From positions 1 to 64,000 of IMG/VR virus record IMGVR_UViG_3300041955_001937: a DNA stretch of 64,000 nucleotides. The stretch is one strand, 5' to 3'. The notes beneath the pieces were generated by a model, which was given only the letters and a program-made list of their open reading frames with translations, ran no database searches and was not told the DNA's origin. The DNA is from a virus. Below, piece after piece: positions 36,522 through 45,960 of this stretch; the first letter of the stretch is position 1, and every line of letters starts with the position of its first letter. The position numbers and the translations under genes were made by a program.

Positions 36522-36549
36522 GTTGCACAATTTCAGTATTTTGTCTAAC
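36522..36549. other. Putative 11-6-11 tyrosine-recombinase core site
   Basis: GTTGCACAATT-TCAGTA-TTTTGTCTAAC, 4 bp before the recombinase ATG; related half-site GTTGCACATTA at 36447. Confidence 0.5.
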
Positions 36550-36553
36550 TCCA

Positions 36554-37138
36554 ATGTCGGCACGTAAATACCTGACGGAACAAGAGTTAAAGCAGCTTTT
36601 TGGCGTCGTAAAAAGCCCCAGAGATCACGCTATCTTCGTTTTGGCCTACTGGCGCGGTTTACGCGCGTCGGAAATCGGCCGCATTCCGTGGAGCGACTGG
36701 GATCAGAAGAAGCGGAAAATTTACGTGTTCCGGCTGAAGGGTTCCCTGGCGGGCGAGTTCCCGCTATCGCCTGCAGAGCACAAGGCACTGACGAGCTGGC
36801 GGGACGTGCGGGGCAATCAGCCCGGGCCGATGTTCACTTCGCGCGAATCGTCGACGTTCGAACGTGCGACGCATGGGAAGGCAACGGCCGGGATCGGCCG
36901 CGGAATGATTCACGTCCTGTTCAATCGGTACGCGACGAAGGCCGGCCTGCCCGAGCACCTGCGACACGTGCACAGTCTGAAGCATTCGTTGGGGACACAC
37001 TTGGTCGCCAAAGGCACCAGCCTGTATGACATCAAGGACTGGCTGGGACACAAGGACATCAGGAGCACGCTGGTATACGCCCAGATGCGAAACGCTGAAC
37101 GGGATGCCGCGGCGCGCAAAGTTTATGAGCAGGGCTGA
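36554..37138 (+). CDS. Short FimB/FimE-like tyrosine recombinase
   Basis: RKYLT, RGLRASE, RLKGS, HSLKHSLG, WLGHKDIRSTLVY; 194 aa. Confidence 0.9.
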   Translation: MSARKYLTEQELKQLFGVVKSPRDHAIFVLAYWRGLRASEIGRIPWSDWDQKKRKIYVFRLKGSLAGEFPLSPAEHKALTSWRDVRGNQPGPMFTSRESSTFERATHGKATAGIGRGMIHVLFNRYATKAGLPEHLRHVHSLKHSLGTHLVAKGTSLYDIKDWLGHKDIRSTLVYAQMRNAERDAAARKVYEQG

Positions 37139-37276
37139 CAGCGAAGTGCAATGGCAACCGATCGCCATAAGCCGGGACGATGCCGAGTTCATTGCCTGGC
37201 GCCGGTTCAACCTTGATGAGATAGCCGCGATTTACCGCGTACCTGGAAACGGGATCGAGGAAGACGCCCGGGAAAC

Positions 37277-37597
37277 ATGCCGACTGGCGCTAAACGTCCC
37301 TGTTCTCGTCCCGGCTGCGGTCAGCTCGTCGAATCTGGATATTGCCCCGCACACGCGTCCGTCGACTTTCGTGCCAGCTCCACCGCGCGATTGTATGACG
37401 GGGCGTGGCGCCGATTCCGGCTGTGGTTCTTATCCACCCCGGCCCACCGTATCTGTGAGGACTGCGGACGTCGGCCAGCCAACGAAGTCCACCACGTCAT
37501 CAAGCTGACTGCCCGGCCCGACCTGAGGCTGGTGGAATCGAACTGTAGGGGACTCTGCAAGAGGTGTCACAACGTGCGGACGGGCAGGGGCGAGTAA
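37277..37597 (+). CDS. HNH endonuclease (packaging-associated, HK97 gp74-like)
   Basis: CSRPGC...YCPAH, CEDC...VHHV...N...LCKRCHN; upstream of terS. Confidence 0.88.
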   Translation: MPTGAKRPCSRPGCGQLVESGYCPAHASVDFRASSTARLYDGAWRRFRLWFLSTPAHRICEDCGRRPANEVHHVIKLTARPDLRLVESNCRGLCKRCHNVRTGRGE

Positions 37598-37787
37598 GAC
37601 GCGCGGGTGAGAAGTCAGACGCGCGTCACACGTTGTAACATCGCCCGCCGAGCTGATAGGCGCCCGTTCGGCTGAAACGGTTCGACTCAGGCCCTCCCAT
37701 CCTCGATGGAGGAAAAGCCCGCCAACGTCATACAGGCGCGGGCTTGGCCCGCCAGGGGCCGGCCGAATGTTACACCACTGTGCTGAG

Positions 37788-37870
37788 GACGGGGGGGATG
37801 AAATCTCTGACCGTTTTGGGCCGGGCGACCGCTTGCAGGGCAAATTTTTACGTCAACAAAATGAAAAAGT
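37788..37870. other. Probable cos/packaging-initiation region
   Basis: GGGGGGGATGAAATCTCTG...GACCG between the HNH gene and terS, the usual cos position in HK97-like phages. Confidence 0.4.
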
Positions 37871-37905
37871 GGAAATGATGACGGCACTACCCCGAAAATG
37901 ACCCA

Positions 37906-38385
37906 ATGGCACGTCCTCCGACGCCTTCCGCGCTCCTCGAAGCCCGTGGCGCCTACAAAATCAATCCGCAGCGTAGACGACTGGAGGAGCCGGAATTCGA
38001 AAACGTCGATGTCGATTGCCCCGAATATCTGAGCCCCCTGGCGAAAACCGAGTGGGCGCGCGTATATCCGCTCCTCAGACAAGCCGGCGTGATGACAGCG
38101 GCATTCATGGCCGCGCTGGCTGGGTATTGCCACTATTACGCGCAGTGGTGCGAGGCGGTCGGAAACATCAAGGCGCTGCTCGTCAAATTCGAAAAGGACG
38201 GCGACCCCGTCAAATCCCCCTATATCGACATTGCCCGCGACGCCTCGAAGGAATACAGAGCCTGGGCGATCGAGCTGGGACTGACGGCGGTATCGAAGAC
38301 AAGAGCTTCATCCACTGCCACGGGTAAAAAGCAAAACAGGTTCTCGAAGTTCGCCGAGGCCCCCGACAGCGACCGCCCCAACTGA
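37906..38385 (+). CDS. terS: Terminase small subunit (P27 family)
   Basis: RPPTP.AL....G, CPEYLS..AK.EW, LAGYC, ELGLT..S.TR. Confidence 0.9.
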   Translation: MARPPTPSALLEARGAYKINPQRRRLEEPEFENVDVDCPEYLSPLAKTEWARVYPLLRQAGVMTAAFMAALAGYCHYYAQWCEAVGNIKALLVKFEKDGDPVKSPYIDIARDASKEYRAWAIELGLTAVSKTRASSTATGKKQNRFSKFAEAPDSDRPN

Positions 38386-38443
38386 CGCCGCGGCCTATGC
38401 GGACAGAGCGAATCAATATGCCCGCGACGTTGCCGCCGGCGAC

Positions 38444-40093
38444 ATGCTTGCCTGCAAATGGGTCAAGCTGGCGTGTGCAAGACATCTCGCCGATCTCGAT
38501 GCCGCCAGGCAGCCGTCGTACCGATTCCGTTTCGACCACGCGAAGGCGAATCGGGTCTGCGATTTCATCGAAGGCCTTCCCCACGTAAAGGGTCACTGGG
38601 CGGCGAAGCGGGAAGAAATCAGACTGGAGCACTGGCAGTGCTTCATCCTGTGCTCCATTTTCGGCTGGGTCTGGCGAGACAGCGGCCTTCGCCGGTTTCG
38701 CGAGGCCTACATATGCGTTCCCCGCAAAAACGCCAAGAGCACCACGGCCGGCGGCATCGGGATCTACATGTTCGCGGCGGACGGCGAGAGCGGGTCAGAA
38801 GTCTATTCGGGAGCCACCAGCAAAAAGCAGGCGTGGGAAGTGTTCAGGCCGGCCAAGCAAATGGTCGAGCGCACGCCCGATCTGAAAGAAGCCCTCGATA
38901 TTTTCGTGGGTGCAGAGAACTTGGCGATCCTCGCCGATGGTTCGCGCTTCGAACCTGTGATCGGCAAGCCGGGTGACGGAGCCAGTCCGCACTGCGGAAT
39001 CGTCGACGAGTATCACGAGCACGATACGGACTCGCTTGTCGACACGTTCCGGACGGGCATGGGCGCTCGTCTGCAGCCTCTCCTGCTGATCATCACCACG
39101 GCAGGGGACAACATCGGCGGACCCTGCAAGGCAGCGCAGGAGAACGTCGAGAAGGTACTGGCGGGAACGCTTGACCGCGACGAGCTGTTCGGCATCGTCT
39201 ACACGATCGACGAGGGAGACGACTGGACTTCCGAAGAAGCCCTCCGCAAAGCTAACCCCAATTTCGGCGTTTCGGTGTTCGGCGATTTTCTGCTGACACA
39301 GCAGCGAAACGCCGTGACCGATGCGCGCAAACAGGGCATTTTTCGGACCAAGCACCTGAATGTCTGGGTCGGATCCAATCTTGCATACATCAATATTCAG
39401 CGCTGGAACGAGTTGGCCGATACCACCCTGCGCCCCGAGCATTTCATCGGCCTGCCGTGCACCATGGCGTCCGATTTCGCCAGCAAAAAAGACATCGCCG
39501 CCCGGGTCATGGTCTTCCGGAAGAGCATCGCCGTCGACGCCACAGATAAGAGAAAGGGCGCCAAAGACCACTTCTACGTTTTCGGCCGCTACTACCTTCC
39601 CGAATCGCGTGCCAGACTGCCGGAATTTCAGCACTACCAGGCGTGGGTGACCGGTGGCTTCCTGCGCACCACGCCGGGCAATGTAATCGACTACGACGTC
39701 ATAACCAACGAGTCGATCGAAGACGTTCGGCGCTTCCGGGTGAAGGAAGTGTGTTTCGATCCGTGGAACGCCGAACAGTATGCCCAGACGGTCGCGGCCA
39801 AGACGCCGGCGATCGCGGTCGAGATTCCTCAACAGGTCCGGTTTCTCAGCGAGCCGATGAAGCAACTGGACGCGCTGGTGACAGACGGCAGACTTCACCA
39901 TGACGGGAATCCGGCGCTTAGCTGGATGATTGCAAACCTCACCGGACACGAGGATGCCAAGGAAAATATTTTCCCCCGCAAAGCGCGGGCCGAAAGCAAA
40001 ATAGACGGCGCGGTCGCACTGATCATGGCACTTTCCCGCGCGCTGGTCAGCGAGACCGGCAAATACACGGACCCTCGCGTTCTCAGTGTTTGA
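38444..40093 (+). CDS. terL: Terminase large subunit (true start probably upstream)
   Basis: LEHWQ, VPRKNAKST, VDEYHEH, ITTAG, FDPWNA, KIDGAVA. Confidence 0.95.
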   Translation: MLACKWVKLACARHLADLDAARQPSYRFRFDHAKANRVCDFIEGLPHVKGHWAAKREEIRLEHWQCFILCSIFGWVWRDSGLRRFREAYICVPRKNAKSTTAGGIGIYMFAADGESGSEVYSGATSKKQAWEVFRPAKQMVERTPDLKEALDIFVGAENLAILADGSRFEPVIGKPGDGASPHCGIVDEYHEHDTDSLVDTFRTGMGARLQPLLLIITTAGDNIGGPCKAAQENVEKVLAGTLDRDELFGIVYTIDEGDDWTSEEALRKANPNFGVSVFGDFLLTQQRNAVTDARKQGIFRTKHLNVWVGSNLAYINIQRWNELADTTLRPEHFIGLPCTMASDFASKKDIAARVMVFRKSIAVDATDKRKGAKDHFYVFGRYYLPESRARLPEFQHYQAWVTGGFLRTTPGNVIDYDVITNESIEDVRRFRVKEVCFDPWNAEQYAQTVAAKTPAIAVEIPQQVRFLSEPMKQLDALVTDGRLHHDGNPALSWMIANLTGHEDAKENIFPRKARAESKIDGAVALIMALSRALVSETGKYTDPRVLSV

Positions 40094-40096
40094 AAA

Positions 40097-40255
40097 ATGA
40101 AACGATCTAAAGCTCTCTACGACGCGCTCTCGGTAGCGGGCTGCGGCCTGTTCTCTTATGGCGCGTGGCTCGCCTGGCATCCCCTTGGATTCCTGACCGG
40201 TGGAGTACTCCTCGCCGGCGGCTCCTTTTTCCTCGGGTACGCCAAACCTAAATGA
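40097..40255 (+). CDS. Small two-TM protein between terL and portal
   Basis: 52-aa hydrophobic ORF MKRSKALYDALSVAG..., ATGA-coupled to the portal gene. Confidence 0.7.
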   Translation: MKRSKALYDALSVAGCGLFSYGAWLAWHPLGFLTGGVLLAGGSFFLGYAKPK

Positions 40256-41856
40256 GCCTTATCGAAAGCATCAGCCGGGGGGCTTCCCAGTTCCACGCCG
40301 ACATGACCGGTGCGCCCGCGCCCTGGGATGATTTCTGGTACGGGCCGCTGGGAGTCTCCAGTGCCGCCGGAATGCGCGTGAGCGCCGACAGCGCCAAGCG
40401 AATTGCGGCGGTACTGGCGTGCGTGAACATCATCAGCCGGAACGTCGCCATGATGCCGGTGAAGATCTTCACCGAGACCTCGGACGGCGGGAAGAAGACC
40501 GTCCCCAATTATCCGCTCTATGAGGTTCTGGCCACCCAGCCCAATCAGCACCAGACCGCGTTCGAGTTTTATCAGCTCATGCAGGGACATTTCGAGCTGC
40601 GGGGCAACGCCTACGCCGAGATCATCCCCGGAAGCCGCGCGGCCGTTGAACAATTACTCCCGATGCATCCCGATCGCGTCACTGTCGACCGGCTCAGGTC
40701 GGGGCGAATTCTATACCGGTACAACGATCCGCTCACAAATGAGACGCGCACGCTCGTGCAGGAAGAAGTGTTTCACCTGCGTAACTGGTCGGATGACGGT
40801 GTAGTCGGACAGTCCACCATAGCGATGGCCGTCGATGTGTTCGGCACGGCGCTGGCCGAGCAGGATTACACCGCGAGATTTTTCAAGAACGATGCGCGCC
40901 CGGGCGGAATCATCGAAGGCACCAACTTCCGGGACCAGGACGCGGAGGATCAGTTCCGGGAAAGCTGGCAACACTCTCAGACCGCGAAGAACCGGCACAA
41001 GACGGCCCTCCTGCCGATGGGGCTGAGTTACAAAGACATCGGCGTAAAGCCCTCAGACTCGCAACTACTGGACGCGCGCAAATTTTCGCGCATTGAAATC
41101 TGTTCGATCTTCGGCGTGCCACCGCATCTGATCGGGGAGACGGAAAAGACGGCCACTTACGCCAGCGTCGAGCAGTTCAACATTATGTTCGCCGTGCAGT
41201 GTCTTTTGCCGCGCGTCGTGATGTGGGAGCAGGCCATTCAGCGGGATTTGATCCTGACGTCGGCATACTTCCCCAAGTTCTCGATGGCCGCGCTGCTGAG
41301 AGGCGACACCGCCAGCAGGTACGCCGCTTATCAGATCGCCATTCAGAACGGGTGGCTGTGCCAGGACGATGTGCGCGCCCTCGAAGATCTGAATCCGATC
41401 GCGGACGGCAGCGGCAGGACGTACTGGAGACCGCTCAATTGGGCGCCACTCGGGCAAATCCAAAGCGCCCCGGCGCCGCCCGCCGCGGACCCCGAGCCGG
41501 ATGAAGTCACCGATACCGATCAGGGAACGCCCGGAGGACCGAACGATGCGAGTCATCTGGGACGTTTGAACCTGCTTGCCAGATCGGCCGCCGATCGGTG
41601 CGTGCGCAAAGAAGTGGGCGCCCTTCGCAAGATGGTCGACCGCGCGGCGAGCGTCGGGGAGTTCGAGACGTTTTACGCCGGGCATACCGGCTTCATAGTC
41701 GGGGCGCTTCATCTCCCGGCCAGCCTTGCAATCCAGTACGGCGCTGCCAGGTGCGCGGCGCTTGCAACGGTGGAAACCCGCGCTTCCGTTATCGACCAGA
41801 TCGAACGTGCCGGCGCAATCGAACTTGCAGCTCTCGCAGTTAAAGGAATCCAATGA
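40252..41856 (+). CDS. HK97-family portal protein
   Basis: AVLACVNII, PNQHQT.FEF, LRGNAY, FFKNDARPGG, EICSIFGVPPHLIG. Confidence 0.95.
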   Translation: MSLIESISRGASQFHADMTGAPAPWDDFWYGPLGVSSAAGMRVSADSAKRIAAVLACVNIISRNVAMMPVKIFTETSDGGKKTVPNYPLYEVLATQPNQHQTAFEFYQLMQGHFELRGNAYAEIIPGSRAAVEQLLPMHPDRVTVDRLRSGRILYRYNDPLTNETRTLVQEEVFHLRNWSDDGVVGQSTIAMAVDVFGTALAEQDYTARFFKNDARPGGIIEGTNFRDQDAEDQFRESWQHSQTAKNRHKTALLPMGLSYKDIGVKPSDSQLLDARKFSRIEICSIFGVPPHLIGETEKTATYASVEQFNIMFAVQCLLPRVVMWEQAIQRDLILTSAYFPKFSMAALLRGDTASRYAAYQIAIQNGWLCQDDVRALEDLNPIADGSGRTYWRPLNWAPLGQIQSAPAPPAADPEPDEVTDTDQGTPGGPNDASHLGRLNLLARSAADRCVRKEVGALRKMVDRAASVGEFETFYAGHTGFIVGALHLPASLAIQYGAARCAALATVETRASVIDQIERAGAIELAALAVKGIQ

Positions 41857-42974
41857 AACCCTACAGTCGTATTCTGCGCGCCGCGCATTCGATGATCTGG
41901 GCTATCCAACCGGAGAAGCTCGAAGCCATCATGGCGTTTCTTGAGATGAAGGCTGCGGGCGGCTCGGCCGACGATTCCGTGATCCAGGGAATTCAGACAC
42001 GCAACGCCGAGGCCGCCGCGCGCGCAGCCGCGATGAGCAGCGCTGGATCCGGTTCGGTCGCCGTTCTCCCGCTCTTCGGAATCATCAGCCATCGATCGAG
42101 CATGATCGGCGACATGTCCGGGCCCGGCGGAACTTCCACCGAACGGTTTACCCAGCAGTTTCGCCAGGCGGTCTCCGATCCGAACGTCAAGGCAATCGTG
42201 ATCGATATCGATTCCCCCGGCGGGACAGTCGACGGCGTAGCTGAATTGGCGGACGAGATCTTCAAGGCCCGCGCAAAGAAGCCCATCACGGCGATCTCAG
42301 ATTGCACCATGGCATCCGCAGCTTACTGGATCGGCGTCTCGGCAACGGAATTAGTTTGCAGCCCGTCCGCGATGGCGGGATCGATCGGCGTTTTCACCTC
42401 GTACAAGGACATATCGAAGGCCATGGAAAGCGACGGGATCGCCGTCTCGCTTGTTTCGGCCGGAAAGTACAAAGTAGAAGCCACCGGACTCGGCCCACTA
42501 ACAGATGATGCGCGCGCGGCCATGCAGGCGATGGTCGACGGCTATTACAGCATGTTCGTCAAGTCCGTGGCGCGCGGACGCGGAGTCAACGTTTCGGACG
42601 TAACGGGCGGATTCGGCCAGGGCAGGATGGTTTCCGCACAACAGGCGGTCACCCTTGGCATGGCGGATCGCGTTGCCACCCTCGACCAGGTTCTCTCAAA
42701 GCTCGGCGTCTCGCGCGGGAGCGGAACGTCTGCCATGAGCGCGGGTCCGATGGCTGCAGCACCTAAGGCGGACGACGGGTGTACCTGTCCCTGCGATCCC
42801 TGCGAAGACGGAAATGGAAACTGCGCCGAATGCGATTGTCCGGATTGCGCCTGCGCCGGATGCACCTGCAACTCGGCCGAAAACAGCGCGAAAGCAAAAC
42901 GCGCATCCGAATCTCTGAGGCTGGAAGCATCACGCGCAAGCCTGCGTGATCGCATTCACCTCGCAAGTCTTTAA
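41853..42974 (+). CDS. S49-family head maturation protease with Cys-rich tail
   Basis: IDIDSPGG, MASAAYWI, GSIGV, AGKYK, GMADRV. Confidence 0.92.
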   Translation: MKPYSRILRAAHSMIWAIQPEKLEAIMAFLEMKAAGGSADDSVIQGIQTRNAEAAARAAAMSSAGSGSVAVLPLFGIISHRSSMIGDMSGPGGTSTERFTQQFRQAVSDPNVKAIVIDIDSPGGTVDGVAELADEIFKARAKKPITAISDCTMASAAYWIGVSATELVCSPSAMAGSIGVFTSYKDISKAMESDGIAVSLVSAGKYKVEATGLGPLTDDARAAMQAMVDGYYSMFVKSVARGRGVNVSDVTGGFGQGRMVSAQQAVTLGMADRVATLDQVLSKLGVSRGSGTSAMSAGPMAAAPKADDGCTCPCDPCEDGNGNCAECDCPDCACAGCTCNSAENSAKAKRASESLRLEASRASLRDRIHLASL

Positions 42975-43068
42975 CCCGCCAACGCGGATGTAACAAAGCG
43001 CTTCAGTCGCCCTCCATTGAGAGTCTGCCCGCGGCGCCGCACCTTCAAAACCCAAAAGGAAAAATCAC

Positions 43069-44349
43069 ATGAACATCAAACTTCTGCGGCAGCAGAAAGT
43101 GGACGCATTGGCGAAAGCCAAGGGCCTCTCCGCACTTGCCGACAAAGAGACTCGCAGCCTGACCGATCCCGAACGCGTTGAGTTCGATGCCGCCATGACG
43201 TCGGTCGAAACGCTGAACGCCGATATCAGCCGCGCCGAGAAGCTGCTCGACGAAGAGCGCCTCGCCGTCGCGGTTTCCAGCCATTCCCCGGCGCACACCG
43301 AAAACAACGAAGAGAAAAAGCCCTGGGCGAGCCTCGGCGAACAACTGAAGGCCGTCTACGACGTTGCCCGGACCCACGGTCGCACAACCGATCCGCGCCT
43401 TCAGGCAGCGCTCGGCGCCAACGAGTCCGTTGACGCGGAAGGCGGCTTCCTCGTCAATCCGGAATTCGGCAAAGACATCCTGCAACGCACTTATGATGTC
43501 GGAGAGGTGGCCAAGCTTACGTTCGGCATGCCGATGGCATCGAACCGCCTGATCCTGCCTGCCGTCGACGAGGACAGCCGCGCGAATGGATCGAGGTGGG
43601 GCGGCATCCAGGCATTCTGGGACTATGAAGCCGGAGCCTACACTGCTTCCAAACCGAAGTTCAAGCAGCTTCAACTGACCGCCAACAAGCTCACCGGTCT
43701 TTGCTATGCGACCGAGGAACTGCTCGAAGACCAGGACGCGCTCCAGACCTATATCGGCAACACGTTTCCTCTCGAATTCGCGTTCAAAATTGACGACGCT
43801 ATCGTCAACGGTCCCGGCGCGGGCGCTCCGCTCGGCATTCTGACTTCGGCGGCCGCAGTCGTTGTGCCCAAGGATGCGGGGCAGGCCACGCTGACAGTGT
43901 CGACCACCAACATCCTGAACATGTTCGCCAGGCTGTGGGCTCCGAGCATGAAGAATGCCGTCTGGTTCATCAATCAGAACGTCATTCCTCAGCTCTTCCC
44001 CCTGACCCTCGGCAGCGGCACCGCCGTGCAGTTGCTCTATTTCCCTCCGGGGATGAATGGCAACCCGGGGCCGTTCGGCAAGATGCTGGGCCGCGACGTG
44101 ATTCCTATCGAGCAGTGCGCCAGCCTGACAAGCCAAGGGGACATTATCCTTTGCGACGCCGGCCAGTACATTCTCGGACAGAAGGGCGGCATGCGCGCCG
44201 ATTCTTCGATGCACGTCGCGTTCCTGACCGGCGAGATGGCGTTCCGATTCCAGCTCAGGCTTGACGGACAGCCCACGTGGAAAAAGCCGCTGACTCCCTA
44301 TCAGGGATCGAGCACGCTTTCTCCGTTCGTTACTCTCGCGGCGCGGTAA
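43069..44349 (+). CDS. Major capsid protein (HK97 fold)
   Basis: N-terminal coiled-coil delta domain, EGGFLV, ELLED, IVNG.G...PLGIL, FRFQLRLDGQP. Confidence 0.95.
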   Translation: MNIKLLRQQKVDALAKAKGLSALADKETRSLTDPERVEFDAAMTSVETLNADISRAEKLLDEERLAVAVSSHSPAHTENNEEKKPWASLGEQLKAVYDVARTHGRTTDPRLQAALGANESVDAEGGFLVNPEFGKDILQRTYDVGEVAKLTFGMPMASNRLILPAVDEDSRANGSRWGGIQAFWDYEAGAYTASKPKFKQLQLTANKLTGLCYATEELLEDQDALQTYIGNTFPLEFAFKIDDAIVNGPGAGAPLGILTSAAAVVVPKDAGQATLTVSTTNILNMFARLWAPSMKNAVWFINQNVIPQLFPLTLGSGTAVQLLYFPPGMNGNPGPFGKMLGRDVIPIEQCASLTSQGDIILCDAGQYILGQKGGMRADSSMHVAFLTGEMAFRFQLRLDGQPTWKKPLTPYQGSSTLSPFVTLAAR

Positions 44350-44409
44350 TTCTCCGGCGGCGGGGCGACTCGCCGCCTTCCTTCGACGTTTCGAACAAAA
44401 GGAAATCAT

Positions 44410-44883
44410 ATGAGCAAAGGATTCTATTCGGCCCAGGATGGGCACATTGTGAACCTGATACCCGCGGTGAATATCACCGGCGGCGTAACCGGCGCAGTGT
44501 TTTCGATGGCGGACTACGCGCACGCCAGCATTATCGTGCAGATTGGCGTGAGCGCAGCGGCTCCGACCGCCATCATTGTCAACGCCTGCACAAATGCCGC
44601 CGCAGCCGGCGCGACGGCCATTCCGTTCAACCTGTTTGCGTGCGAGACCGGCGCCGGCGACGTTCTCGGCGCCAGAGTCTCAGTGCTGGCCGCGGGATAC
44701 GTCCCGTCCGCCGTCGACAACATCTTCTATGTGATCGAGCTGAGCGCAGCGATGCTTCCGCAAGGGAGCCCCTATGTGCAGCTCTCGATCACCAACGGCG
44801 CCAACTCGGTTATCGCAAGCGCGGTGGCTGTTCTCAGTGGCGCTCGTTATGCGAGCGATCAAAGCGCAACGGTACTGCTGTAG
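44410..44883 (+). CDS. Putative capsid decoration protein
   Basis: Beta-rich ORF right after the capsid gene, AAAGGA RBS. Confidence 0.6.
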   Translation: MSKGFYSAQDGHIVNLIPAVNITGGVTGAVFSMADYAHASIIVQIGVSAAAPTAIIVNACTNAAAAGATAIPFNLFACETGAGDVLGARVSVLAAGYVPSAVDNIFYVIELSAAMLPQGSPYVQLSITNGANSVIASAVAVLSGARYASDQSATVLL

Positions 44884-44938
44884 GCCAAGACCCCATGAGG
44901 CGCTCGCTTACCGGCGGGCGCCCTCCCGGTCCAAAACC

Positions 44939-45106
44939 ATGTATATACGAATGCTTGTCGGGCGCTATGCCGGAGAAGTCCAGGACATCGAACCCGTCAC
45001 GGCGCGCGAACTGTTGGTGTCCGGTCGCGGCGAAGATCCGGATGCGGTTAAGACGGGCGAACCGGCCGTCGTCACCGAACGGCTAAAGAACAAACCACGC
45101 AAATGA
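44939..45106 (+). CDS. Small hypothetical phage protein
   Basis: Y.GEV.D.....ARELL..GR pattern; coupled to the next gene. Confidence 0.55.
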   Translation: MYIRMLVGRYAGEVQDIEPVTARELLVSGRGEDPDAVKTGEPAVVTERLKNKPRK

Positions 45107-45960
45107 GTATTTCCCAAATCATCGGACCGGCCGCAGAGCCGGTGGCTCTCGACGACGTGCTCCGTGATTTGGGATACGGCGATTCGGGCTCGCTCGATGC
45201 CAACACGCTCGAAGTTCTGTCGGGGCGACTGACTCCTCTGATTGTCGCGGCGCGCCGAAGCTGTGAATCCTACCAGCGTCGGGCTTACATTACCCAGACG
45301 CTGCTTCTCCAGCGGGATGGGTTTCCCGGATTCAGTGCGAGATACGAGCGTGGCGGAAACCCGCAGATTCTGATACCGAAGCCTCCGCTGCAGCTCATTC
45401 AAAGTTTTCAGTATGTGGACGTGGCCGGGATTGTCCAGAATCTGGCTCTCGATACCACCTACGGCACGAACCTGCTTACATATGGCTACCAGCTCGATTA
45501 TGGCGGGGACGTGTTGCCCGCGCGTGTGCTTCCTCCCTTCGCCCGGCCGTGGCCTCCCAATCGACTCGTTCCGAATAGCGTGATGATCCAGTTCGTCTGC
45601 GGATACGGCGGACCTGTGACGCTGAGTATGACCGCGGCTTCGGCCGTAATCAGCGGAGCGACCTTCCTGCAGTCGGATATCGGACGCCTTCTTAGCGTTC
45701 CCGCAGCCGGTACGGCATCCGCGACCCTCAACACGAGCATTGCGGCCGTCGACGGTTCGGGACACGCGACCGCGGCCGACAATTGCGTAACCGCGGCTCC
45801 GGGAGCGGTTGCGTATCTTGGCAATCCCGTTCCGGGGGAAATCGTGATGGCCATCCGCTTCCTCGTCCAGTTCTATTACGAGCAGGGCGGATCCGTCGAC
45901 GCGCCCGTGCCCCGCATCGTCCGGGACATGCTGGGCGAAGTCAGGAATCTGACCTCGTGA
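45103..45960 (+). CDS. Head-tail connector (phiE125 gp8/HK97 gp6-like) with inserted domain
   Basis: PAAEPV.L, LIVAARR.CE...RAYITQT, V.IQFVCGYG, VP.EI..AI...V..YYE. Confidence 0.85.
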   Translation: MSISQIIGPAAEPVALDDVLRDLGYGDSGSLDANTLEVLSGRLTPLIVAARRSCESYQRRAYITQTLLLQRDGFPGFSARYERGGNPQILIPKPPLQLIQSFQYVDVAGIVQNLALDTTYGTNLLTYGYQLDYGGDVLPARVLPPFARPWPPNRLVPNSVMIQFVCGYGGPVTLSMTAASAVISGATFLQSDIGRLLSVPAAGTASATLNTSIAAVDGSGHATAADNCVTAAPGAVAYLGNPVPGEIVMAIRFLVQFYYEQGGSVDAPVPRIVRDMLGEVRNLTS

